Assembly (NCBI RefSeq): GCF_022045235.1
Contig: NW_027266273.1
Location: 7,564,001 to 7,628,000 of the forward strand
Reading direction: 5' to 3'
DNA: 64,000 nt
Source: Haliotis cracherodii
Lineage: Eukaryota
Made by a program: the position numbers and the translations under genes. The notes beneath the pieces were generated by a model. It saw nothing but the letters and a program-made list of their open reading frames with translations. It did not search any database and was not told the origin of the DNA. Shown here one piece after another: positions 38,524 through 49,933 of the stretch; position 1 is the first letter of the stretch, and each line of letters begins with the position of its first letter.

Positions 38524-38662
38524 NNNNNNNNNNNNNNNNNNNNNNNNNNNNNNNNNNNNNNNNNNNNNNNNNNNNNNNNNNNNNNNNNNNNNNNNNNNNN
38601 NNNNNNNNNNNNNNNNNNNNNNNNNNNNNNNNNNNNNNNNNNNNNNNNNNNNNNNNNNNNNN
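38524..38662. other. Assembly gap
   Basis: N run. Confidence 1.
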
Positions 38663-38934
38663 ATGGAGAAATGTTGGACAATCTGATGATAACGAAAATG
38701 GTCGACTGTTATCCGTACCATTTTCCAATTATACGATGTTTTGTGTGTTGACATACCAGTGATTGATATTATGAGCAGGAGCCATGCCGTCGGGGTACAA
38801 TGACACACAATTAACCCAGTCACCAAATGAAGCATCTGTAATGATTAGGAAACCATGGACACCAGAAAAAGGCTTCACACGTTTTGCATAAGTACTCTGA
38901 AGAGAACGCTTAAATCACAAGGCTACCGACCTTT

Positions 38935-39203
38935 GAGGTTCGTAACAGGTCTTCAGCAACCCATACTTGCCGTAAAAGGCGACTATGCTTGTCGTAAGAG
39001 GCCACTAACGGGATCTTGTGGTCAGGCTCGCTGACTTAGTTGATACATGTCATCGATCCAAATTGCGTGGATCGATGCTCATGGTGTCAATCACTGGATT
39101 GTCAGGTCCAGACACGAATATTCAACAGATCGCCGTCTTATAAGAGGAATATTGCTGAGTGCGGCGTTAAACAACAAACAAAACAAACAAACAAACAAAC
39201 AAA
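38935..39203 (+). mobile_element. Retroposon family D, near full length
   Basis: Both CTTG(C/T)CGTAA(A/G)AGGC modules, body, (AAAC)n tail; a family C head fragment follows at 39222-39283 (-). Confidence 0.9.
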
Positions 39204-41269
39204 TCGTAACCATGATCAGGTCTGGCACGCAAGGGGCGCAACTCTGCATAACGAAATGCGCCGCTTCAGACGACTGGGCCACGCTTGTTCTTTAAAGCAT
39301 CATAGCCTGGGATGGAAAACAGAATAAATAAAAGAAGGATAACAAATGAATACACATGCTAACAGCATGATTCAGCAATTCCTGATTGACACATGACGTG
39401 ATATTTTTTTCAAAACCACAATTGCCCCCTTTAAGGTGGACGGGTTTACATGGAGATTTGCACTCCTCACAGACTGACGTTGCTTTGTACGACTGATCAC
39501 GGGGGCCATACATTCAGCACTCCTTCACAGTATAGCCTGTTTCTGGTCTCCTGATTTAACAATCATTCTTTCAAACTAAGTCCGACGCTCTAAGCCATAG
39601 AATTCTTCACCAACACAAAACACGAAAACTGTTATTCAAAAAGGATATTGCTTCATCTAAGCGTATATAAATTCGACGACAAACGTAGCCTTTTACCCGC
39701 TCTTTTCATCCTTTGTGCCGCACGAACACTCGCCATACACACGTCAATGTCGCATATGTTGAACACAAACACATCCATGCCATAAAAATGCATAAATGAG
39801 GTGATCGGTTTTGCGTGCAACTTCACTCCATGTCGCCATCAATACCTCAGTGTGTATTCCAAGTAATTTACAAATCTGAGACTATGAATCAGTCGACCAA
39901 AGGGTGAATCTGTGACATACGTGGCGCCGCCCTTTGATTGTGTCGTGTTTCTCACACCTCATCAGAACCTGATCAAAACGTACTATTCTTAAGAGCATTT
40001 GAGTGCCCCAACCGTCCAGACTGAGAAATGGCCAAACAGAGTGCTGCAAGCTTAAAAGCGGATTCCTGGCGGAATAATGACTGCTCCCTGACAACGTCAC
40101 ACAGGAGATGAAAAGCTTCCTCCAACGTGAAAGAGTTCTGCGTGAGCGTTTATACGGCACGCTGGCGCCGAAAGGTTGAAAACAACTTTATGAAACTGCG
40201 CGGAAGTAGCTTTATTCGTATCAAACGTTGTGCAAAGTTGTCGTGCTTTAGAAATATACCATACCTTTGTCAAGCTAACAGGGGGAATTCAGTGAAAGAT
40301 TGACTCACTGTGATTGGCCCTCTTCAAAGGGGAGGGATGGGGAGTGCCTGCGTGTGTTATTAACACTACTTAACATTATCATTGGTGACCCGTGGTTGCT
40401 TTCTCTCACACAAATCCACCTGGACCCAGATCCTGCAATAAACCCTGTTTTATGAAGGGGTCGTCAAAGATTCGGCGGGGATAATGGACGCTGGCAATGG
40501 CGAGTCAATGGACCTCAAGCCATGACCGAGTACACGAGGGACACGTTCCATTCTGCTTGCGAATCATCATCACTATCACATATTTTCAGCTAATTTTCCG
40601 ACCTAGTACTGGGGATAATGGGTACTCGTGGAGGTCAAACATGACGATGGGAGTATGCTTACGTGAATCATTGTCACGTGACGTTACCCCTCGTGTGGGG
40701 GTGTTTACTCAAAGCGTTTGTCGCACGTGCTCTTTTTTATTTTTCAGGTGTACAGGATTTCGGGTTTTGGATTGAAGCTGTTTGTAAAATGACACATTTT
40801 CTCTGGGTTAGATGTGAGAGACAAAGTTGTCACGTTTTCAGCAAAAATCGTGCTGAAAACGTGAACGCGAAACTTTGAAAAGATGAAAATGTATATAATT
40901 ACTTCGGCATATGAAATTAAATTCTTGACTGGTTTATTTCTATCTACTTGTTTTGTGTGGTTGAAAAAATACATCAAACTTTACACGGAGGCAATGACGG
41001 CAAGTCGACGTGAACAGCAACTACACAGTTAATACATTGACATCGACCTTGTAATATACTGGAAACGCTGTATACAAATTGAATAAAACAGTTTGAACTT
41101 GGTATGTAATGGCCGTGTGATCCATTTTCTGTGAAAAATATGGACCTGGTACACAGCCTGTTTATAATGGAACCCAGGCCAGACAATCCAGACAGAAACA
41201 TAATCCTAATTTGACATATCCTTGTTTGTTTCTCCTCGACTGGATTCCTTACTCGAATTGTTTCCCATC

Positions 41270-41435
41270 GACTTACAACTCTCACGGGGCGGTTAAATGG
41301 ATCGGTTAGTACGGCTTCGTGCTCATAATATGAATCACTGGTTTGTGTGGTCCAGATTCGACTATGTACAGGCAGCCATCATATAGGTGTAATATACCTG
41401 AGTGTGGCGTTTAGCAACAAGTAAACAAATAAACA
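41270..41435 (+). mobile_element. Retroposon family D, decayed 3' part
   Basis: TGCTCAT..AATCACTGG..TGGTCCAGATTCGA..CTGAGTGTGGCGTTTA. Confidence 0.7.
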
Positions 41436-42316
41436 TATATCAAAACTCCTTAAAGGACATACACATGAACATATATTTTGAATTTCTTTGCGAGAACATC
41501 ATTAAAACTACAAATAGGATATTATATTATTTATAATATTATCATTCAAAAGGTAATTATTAGGTCATTGTCAAGGATTTCCGAACCTAAAGAAAAATTA
41601 CTCCTTTAACCAAATAGCATTTATCTGAATCACGCATCCATTATTCTACCCTTCTCTAAAACCTATGAATTTAATCACCAATTTCTTAACAGCCTTTCTC
41701 ATTTTATTAAACAGAGGGGGTCTTTCTAAATCCTCCCCCAAGGGACGTAACTCACTTAATTAAATTGACCAACCAGTTACGGTATTGTTTTATGCAAAAC
41801 TTGTCGGCGTGGAATCAATAACACCTCTCGAATATGCGACGTTCTTAAGTTGCCCATAAATCTCCCAGAGCGCTGAAAGGACTAAAGAGCCGTGATGCAT
41901 TCGAGCAAATTGCTCAGTTGTTCTAAGGAGTTACTTAATTACAAAATCATTTCATTTGTAAAACACTCACTTTGGTTTTGAATTAGTCTAATTACTTCCA
42001 GCTAGCTCACACTAAATATTGAATAATTCTTTCAATAAAATTGTTAGACGCATAAGATCAATTCACGTTAATGTGACAATTATTTTAAGAGCCGAATTAA
42101 TAATTCCACGCAACGAAATTGAATAAAACATGACATCCAGTCGTGCAAATCTGTCTGCAGTGTGTGGAAAGTGGTTTTAATTCACGCCGTAATGACACCA
42201 TATTTTACTTAGTTGACCCCGATACATTCCTATGTAGCGTCCCACTGTACTACATACACCGCAACATACTCCTTTTACTACTTTTCAATGCCACATATTT
42301 GAAATATGCGTACCCA

Positions 42317-42400
42317 CAGGGTCCCGTTCCGCGAAGCGATCTTAACACAACGACTGTCGTAAGTCCGTGTTAAAGTATTGGGATACCACCGTCTTAATGC
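42317..42400. mobile_element. Harbinger-like MITE fragment
   Basis: CAGGGTCCCGTTCCGCGAAGCGATCTTA..ACGACTGTCGTAAG. Confidence 0.6.
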
Positions 42401-42419
42401 TATGTGGCCGACCATTTGA

Positions 42420-42681
42420 TTTTTTGTTTGTTTTGTTTGTTGTATAACGCCGCAATGCCGCAATATTCCAGCTAAATGACGGCGGTCTGTAAATAATCGA
42501 GTCTGGACCAGACAATCCAGTGATTAATATCATGAGCATCGACTGGGATCGAGGACATGCATCAACCAAGTCAGCGAGCCTGACCACCCGATCCGTTAGT
42601 CGCCTCTTACGACAAGTATAGTCTTTTTACGGCAAGCGTGGGTTGATGATGACCTCTTCTACCTTGGATCTTCACGGGTCC
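42420..42681 (-). mobile_element. Retroposon family D, full length
   Basis: 5' end GACCCGTGAAGATCC at 42680; probable TSD ACCATTTGA/ACAATTTGA. Confidence 0.92.
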
Positions 42682-42766
42682 CCACAATTTGACATTCGGG
42701 GGTGCGATGTGTTTTTAGAAGAAAAATATTTGGGCCAATAGTTTTGATTGTATCCAGAGCTGGATT

Positions 42767-42985
42767 GGGGCCGTGTGTGCCGTTTCCCAAAACAACTTTA
42801 GCGCTGTAAATCTGTGTTAAGGGGTGGGATTTACGATCACCTTAAGGCTAAGACCGCTTTGTGCAACGGAACCATTGGCTCCCGTTACTATAAGCAATCT
42901 CAGCGCTACGATTATCTATGGTCTATGTCAATGTATGGGAGTAACCATCGTCTGAACTCTAATATCTCGTTGGGACGGGCCCCAG
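42767..42985. mobile_element. Two tandem decayed Harbinger-like MITEs
   Basis: GGGCC...CGCTTTGTGCAACGG then ...GGACGGGCCCCAG; same family as 35177. Confidence 0.6.
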
Positions 42986-43094
42986 AAGAGACCATAACGT
43001 TAACTGAAAGGATTCGAATCCGTTCTTGGTTAGTTAACAATCACTGGACCCAGTAAGCGATGTCACCTCAGTCTGATAAGAGTACTGGATAAAA

Positions 43095-43310
43095 GACCCA
43101 GGTAAGAATGGGTCTTCAGCAACTCATGCTTGTAAGAGGCGATCAATGGGATTGAGTCAGGCTCGCTGACTTTGTTGATGTCATCACATCTCAATTGCTC
43201 ATGATATCAATCACTGGATTGTCTGGTCCAGACTCGATTATTTACAGACCGCCTTCATATAGCTGGAATATTGCTGAGTGCGGCGTTAAACAACAAACAA
43301 ATAAGCAAAA
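43095..43310 (+). mobile_element. Retroposon family D
   Basis: AGAATGGGTCTTCAGCAAC...well-preserved 3' half and tail. Confidence 0.88.
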
Positions 43311-43391
43311 ACTTAATTAAACAGTTGTTTATCGTAAGGAAAGTATACTTATTAGTAAACACTCTACGTTTATTCCGGAACAGAAGAGGTT

Positions 43392-43503
43392 TCAGGAACG
43401 CGTTCACAAAGCGATTTTAGCAATACGATGATGATTACTCCATTACTCTTGCATAGATTTACTTTAGTCTTCACGTTAAGTTCGCTTTGTGAAATGGGAC
43501 CCA
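43392..43503. mobile_element. Harbinger-like MITE, decayed
   Basis: TTCACAAAGCGA / TCGCTTTGTGAA inverted subterminal arms. Confidence 0.65.
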
Positions 43504-43536
43504 ATACATAAACTTGTGAGAGTCCGCTATAGAATG

Positions 43537-43703
43537 GTGAGTGAGAATGGTTTTACGCCGCTTTTAGCAATATTCCAGCAATATCACGGTGGGGACACGG
43601 ACACCAGAAATGGGCTTCACACATTGTACCCATGTAGGGAATCGAACCCGGGTCTTCGGCGTGACGAGCGAACGCTTTAACCACTAGGTTACCCTACCGC
43701 CCC
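43537..43703 (-). mobile_element. SINE family A (variant GGTGGGGACACGGACACC)
   Basis: Full head and tail; duplicated at 44348-44530. Confidence 0.95.
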
Positions 43704-44347
43704 ACAATAGTGATTGAGTGATTACAGTATGTGACCTGCTTGTTACCCGGCGAGTTGGAGGGTTAGGTTATAAGCCACTAACCTTTCCAGCCTGATTGTT
43801 TATATGACATATTAACACTAACTTTTCCAGTCTGATTGTTTATATGACATTTTGAATGCGGGGTAAAACAACACTCTCTGCAATAGTTTCGGAGCGGTGT
43901 CACTTTGTATTCACGTTGACGTTCGAAATAGTTTTAGTCCGGAATTGTGAGATTTGTGGATTAACGGGACCGCTCTAACGAGGTTCCACTATAAATGAAT
44001 GATTTTGATGCCGGCTCAACACCGTTCCAGATTATCATTTTCTATCACATTATAAATTCTCATTGTAACATGTTTGATCAAGATTCTTTATTTACGAAAT
44101 GTACATGTAAACTCCGCGGCCATCAGAACATACAAATTACACTTTGACAGTTTTACTGGTGTGGGGGTTCACATATTCATAGCAGCATTGTTTTCATGCC
44201 ATGATAACACAAATCAACAAAATGACAATGTGCTTTCATGTGAACGTATTCTCTTAGTCAAAATTGTATAAATCTCAAAAATTACAGGACCTTTGCCTTT
44301 TAGAAAAGACGTTGACGGGTGAAGGTGTTGAAGTGTCTGACGTTAAA

Positions 44348-44530
44348 GTGAGTGAGTGAGTGAGTGAGTGAGTATGGTTTTACGCCGCTTTTAGCAATAT
44401 TCCAGCAATATCACGGTGGGGACACGGACACCAGAAATGGGCTTCACACATTGTACCCATGTAGGGAATCGAACCCGGGTCTTCGGCGTGACGAGCGAAC
44501 GCTTTAACCACTAGGTTACCCTACCGCCCC
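44348..44530 (-). mobile_element. SINE family A, chimeric duplicate
   Basis: (TGAG)6 tail and flank as at 31436; body as at 43537. Confidence 0.92.
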
Positions 44531-44841
44531 ACAATAGTGATTGAGTGATTACAGTATGTGACCTGCTTGTTACCCGGCGAGTTGGAGGGTTAGGTTATAA
44601 GCCACTAACCTTTCCAGCCTGATTGTTTATATGACATATTAACACTAACTTTTCCAGTCTGATTGTTTATATGACATTTTGAATGCGGGGTAAAACAACA
44701 CTCTCTGCACAAGTTACGTAAGATATGTGATCGACCATGAGATAAGGGACCTTATGATGAAAAATCACATTTTTACTTCTCATTATGTTTTAAAAGTACA
44801 GTATCTTAGGAACACGAAAATACAATTCACAAGCTTCAATT

Positions 44842-45005
44842 GAGTAAGTGAGTATGGTTTTACGCCGCTTTTAGCAATATTCCAGCAATATCACGGCGGG
44901 GGACACCAGAAATGGGCTTCACACATTGTACCCATGTCGGGAATCGAACCCGGGTCTTCGGCGTGACGAGCGAACGCTTTAACCACTAGGCTACCCGACC
45001 GCCCC
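44842..45005 (-). mobile_element. SINE family A, young full length
   Basis: TSD AGCTTCAATTGA/AGCTTCATTTGA; near-consensus. Confidence 0.95.
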
Positions 45006-45937
45006 AGCTTCATTTGATACAGAGATACATAGCATCAACCATGTGGACTCATCTTCCGACATATAACTGTTAATGTAACAATTGCAGCTTTCAGACATAA
45101 TGTCTGATTAATTGAAAGTAGACATGTATGCTGAAAGGTTTTGAAAAATTGTTTATGTAACGTTAGAAAAATAAGATAATTATGTTTGTGCAGTCCGCGC
45201 ACATAGCGATTTTTGCTAAAGTAACTTAACGTAAAATGTCATAGCACAATTGTATCCTAGCACCCATAAGGTCCCCTTTCTCCTAGGGGGTCACATAATA
45301 TGTCATATTATTCATATGAAAATCGAATTGAATAATCATATTAATACTGTGAGCACAAAAAAGCAATATCTTCGTGACCTAATATGTCGTGACCTGCACC
45401 CCCAGCCTTCACACACCCCGACTGCAGAGAGGAACCCCTAGATTATCCCAGTCACTGTTACATGATTGAAGATTCATAACACGAACACAACTGCACCTCA
45501 TATAATTTCGTCAAGGAAATGTCTACTCTTTTTTAACAGCATTAAACCGAAAAGCGAATGCACTAAACCCATCTTGTTGGGGCAATTAGTATTGTGGGTA
45601 TCTCTAAAGTTTGAAATGCTTGATTTTCTTTTCTGAAACGAAATAATGCAGGCATAACTCCCATCAAAGGGGTGAAGTCATGCGCACATCCAAAATCGCC
45701 TTTAAGGATCTACGCGATGTTACCTGCGGTTTCAATAGGATCACAGGGGAGCTCCCAAAGCTTGTTTATAACAAGGTAGTGCGACAAAATGCGTAACGTC
45801 GACGTTGCTCGTTTGGCGTCTTTATCACTTTGAAGACGGACATAAGGGTAATGTCACATTTATGTTATCCAAATACCCAAACTATTTTGCACACAGTACC
45901 CATGCAACATAGTTTTTTTCTGCATCCTTTATGTCTA

Positions 45938-46113
45938 CAGTAAACTACGGTTATAACGAACACGCTTATAACGAACTTACGGATATAACGAACTTACTTT
46001 TTTGGTCCCGACTATTTGCTGTAGTTATGCTGTATATGTGCTTATAACGAACTACGGTTATAACGAACTAAAATTAGTAGTCCCTTTGAGTTCGTTATAA
46101 CCGTACTTTACTG
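45938..46113. mobile_element. pogo/Tigger-like MITE
   Basis: 24-bp TIRs CAGTAAACTACGGTTATAACGAAC / GTTCGTTATAACCGTACTTTACTG, TA TSD, internal TATAACGAAC subrepeats. Confidence 0.92.
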
Positions 46114-46669
46114 TATATGTATGTCTGTCTTCTATCCATTCATCCATCATTCCACGATCCATCCCTCTATCTATATATCGCTACACAAGCATATACAGAT
46201 GTTGGCGTCTAAAGAAACAAATCCGATTCAAATTGAATTTTTCAGTGGGATAATATATTCATTTACAATTGTAAAATTTTCAGATTGCATGTTTCAAGGT
46301 TAAAATGAGATTATCAGCCAATATTGAAATTTCAAAAATCTTTTGAAAAGAGATACGATCCTTTTTGTGTACAGGGATTGATCAAAGACGTTCATAGCAA
46401 AATCCCCAGGCATGATGAACGTTTGTATGTAAACTAATTGAAGTATACTACATTGTCCAGACCTAAAAACAAAGCTATTTTGTATTCATATTGTTCAAAA
46501 ATCTGCAGCTGTTTTTAACAAACGCGTTATGACTGCTTTTGAAATGCAAAATTCTAGACGACAGAAGCCATGACACTGATTTTATTACATCGAAAAGCGT
46601 TTCATATTCTCACAAATGCTATGCAGCTAACATTGTCTTTACACAACACAGGTCTTGACAGAACGTTAC

Positions 46670-47190
46670 AGTAGTCACATAGGTAGCAGCAGCAACAACA
46701 TTGTAGTAGTAGTCGCAGAGGTATCCGTAGTAGCAGTAGTAGTCATAGTCGTCGTCGTAGTAGGAGTAGTAGCAGAGGTACATGTAGCAGTAAGTTAGTG
46801 GTAGTAGCCGTANNNNNNNNNNNNNNNNNNNNNNNNNNNNNNNNNNNNNNNNNNNNNNNNNNNNNNNNNNNNNNNNNNNNNNNNNNNNNNNNNNNNNNNN
46901 NNNNNNNNNNNNNNNNNNNNNNNNNNNNNNNNNNNNNNNNNNNNNNNNNNNNNNNNNNATGATTACTATGATGATTTTGGTGGTGTGAGGATGGTGGTGG
47001 TGTTGNNNNNNNNNNNNNNNNNNNNNNNNNNNNNNNNNNNNNNNNNNNNNNNNNNNNNNNNNNNNNNNNNNNNNNNNNNNNNNNNNNNNNNNNNNNNNNN
47101 NNNNNNNNNNNNNNNNNNNNNNNNNNNNNNNNNNNNNNGCAATATCTGAAATCAAGCTGAGGCTGTGACACCATCATCATCACCATCATG
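46670..47190. repeat. Degenerate (GTA/GCA/GAT)n trinucleotide region with two gaps (46813-46958, 47006-47138)
   Basis: Direct reading. Confidence 0.9.
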
Positions 47191-48376
47191 GGAAATGTAC
47201 AACATGTTATAAATCAGACCGTTCCTCTTTACGGTTACGCAATTAACGCTTTTGTAAGTGATTCTTACACACTCCTGATCAACATGACGATCCCACCCGA
47301 GTGGCTGTGACACAATTTATAACACTCACATCCCCTCGCGAAGACGCTCAAGGCTACGTTCCCCCATTTAGTACCCCGTGTCCTCAATCAAATGCCTATC
47401 AACAACAATTTACCTGCGATTTCTGCAAGTCGACATTGAGTAACTGTGTTAAAAGACAAACCCTAAACCCTCGCATTGTAGCAATTCTATAGTGTCTACT
47501 TGCAGGCGACGTTGCCACAATGAAGCCCCTCAAGTCTCTAGCGATGTTTGGGGCTCAAGTCTGAAGAGCGCGGAATCCCTAACCTAGGACCGACACTACA
47601 GTACGGGTGTGAACAAACACATTAAAACCCAAATTAAATCACCATGTTAATACACTAGGATGTTTTAAGCAGCGCAGCGAACAAAAGCTTCAGCGCGAAA
47701 GAGACGTTGAAGTTGCGAGAAGTTGCTAGTACCGTCCACACTATTGAGTCTCGTAGGATAAAATTGCTTTGCTTCTGAGGGCAAATAGCTTCGTTGATGA
47801 ACTTTTACCCTGTGAGAGAAGGCTGTATTGTGTAGTGTCTGCATGAGGCGAGTCGTGGTTTATTCATCCCTAGACTTGGCGAAGTGAAAGGCTGTCAAAT
47901 TATTGTAGAAAGGTAGATAGAAGTATTTGACGACAAACTGTTTGAGAGAGTAAGCAGACCTCGCTAAGAGGTCTTAGGTATTTGTGGTATATATGCGCTA
48001 CGTAAGGATGATGCTGAATCACAAGCACTTTACTGCTGAGGAATGATGAAGATGACAATAATATCTAAGATGACAATAATTCGATGCCATGTTACATTGG
48101 ACCTACTTGACGAACCGGATTGGGTACGCATCACACACGTTCAACACTCCGACATCTCAACACGAACCATACCTAAATTTTCGTACACATTCTTTGTTAA
48201 ACCTGTCATGTATTTTTGTACTCGAGTGTAGTGTGCACCCTTACCCTAACCCGAGTGAGTATGGTGTATATTAGATATCGCATATGCCTTTAAATACTTA
48301 AGAGAAAACTATTTTATTATGTATTAATTTATTACAAGTGTATAATCAAAGTGTCCGTCCATAAATATGGATAATC

Positions 48377-49492
48377 TACGAGAGTTGGTTGACATATTTT
48401 GAGCCTCACGTGGCTAGACTTGTTAAATGTTTCAACATAATCCACTTCCACATTGATACAATTTTGCCAGCGATGTTGTAGGGGTCCTTCTCTTGGCCGT
48501 CCTAAAGGTTCTTCACAGTTGCTATGACGTCATCGTTCGAATGGAAATGGGTTCCGGTTCCTGCTTTCTTCGTTTTTGGGAACAGATGGAGGTCAGATCA
48601 GGAGAATAAGGTGGGTGCTGAAGAGTTGTAGTCCTGGCACTGACTGATTTGTGCACTGGCGCATTGTCCTGATGGAAGAGCGCACCTTTTCTCAGCTTCC
48701 CACGCCTCTTAGTCTTAATTTCGTCCAGTAATTGCCCCAAGCGTGCATCATAACATGCTCCGTTTTGTGCTTGGTCTTTGCGATATAGTCCACAATGATC
48801 GCACCCTCGGCATCCCAGAAACCCTAACCTTTCCAGCTGATGGGGCAGTCTTTGCCTCCTTAGGTGAGGATGATGTCAAATGCTTCCGCTGTTTAATAGT
48901 TGTGTGGGCTCGTTCCAGGTTTAATCCAGGTTACATCCACGGTCACAAATCGTTGCAAGAACCTTTCTGGTTCAACTTCAAACAGAGCTAGATTATCACA
49001 AGTTTACTGTGCTTGGTGCGTTTTTGATCAAATCTCAGAAGCTCTGGAAGCCACCGAGCCAATACTGTCTTCATTGCCAAAGTGTCTGTGGTAATGGACT
49101 GCACTCTCTCCTGGGAACTAGATCTACCGATACGACGCTCAGCCATTCTCCGGCCAGGCGATCATCACCAATTCGTTGATTCTCTGGATCATTTTGGTTG
49201 TTGTCCTTATAGGCCTTCCAGGACGTCATCGTCAAGGCTCTCCCTGCCTCCCTGCTGTCCATATCTTTACCAGGAGGGGACACATCATTCGCTAGTGTTA
49301 TATCCACGCTTTTGGTGTTAAGCCCTTTTCTGCAAGTACTCTGTCCATTTTCCAAAGGTCACAGGTTTTCAAACGGACTCAATTTGTTCATGGATATACC
49401 TCTATGACATCATATAATGTCCAAATCAAAAGATTTGAGTATTGTACAATTCCTTCTATGTGAAACTCAGAACTTATCAATCAACTCTTGTA
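48377..49492 (-). mobile_element. Decayed mariner (Tc1/mariner) transposon with transposase pseudogene
   Basis: Minus-strand VTVDVTWI, FWDAEG, KRRGKLRKGALFHQDNAPVH, QHPPYSPDL; TIRs TACGAGAGTTGGTTGACATATTTTGAG vs reverse complement TACAAGAGTTGATTGATAAGTTCTGAG; TA flanks; multiple frameshifts. Confidence 0.93.
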
Positions 49493-49795
49493 CAGTGATC
49501 ACAAATCTAAACATTGTCACGAATTCAAACTACTGCCCAAAGTTGTTTATCGTGTCTACAATATTTGTATAAACAGTGAGTAAGTTATATCGGTAATATT
49601 TCGTCCATATCCAGGCTAGTATGCACAGTGATTAGCATATGTAACGAAGGCCATGCCCGGGCAGAATGCAGTTTTAACCAATCCTGCCCTGGTGATCCTG
49701 TGTTTGCACTCCTGGGTGCAGTGATGAAATCACTTCTCTAACTATACTTAACAAGAAACTAAGGAGCATGAATATTTTTTTTAATATTTTTTTTT

Positions 49796-49933
49796 NNNNN
49801 NNNNNNNNNNNNNNNNNNNNNNNNNNNNNNNNNNNNNNNNNNNNNNNNNNNNNNNNNNNNNNNNNNNNNNNNNNNNNNNNNNNNNNNNNNNNNNNNNNNN
49901 NNNNNNNNNNNNNNNNNNNNNNNNNNNNNNNNN
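49796..49933. other. Assembly gap after poly-T
   Basis: N run. Confidence 1.

Larger units (their letters stand above)
43537..44709 (+). repeat. Complex duplication: [SINE A + 180 bp] - [copy of 30968-31460] - [SINE A + 180 bp]
   Basis: 43547-43882 is identical to 44374-44709; the middle segment matches 30968-31460. Confidence 0.92.

Noticed and set aside
40728-40800. Strong splice acceptor TTTTTTATTTTTCAG|GT
   Set aside because: No convincing coding frame or paired donor; such tracts are common in AT-rich DNA
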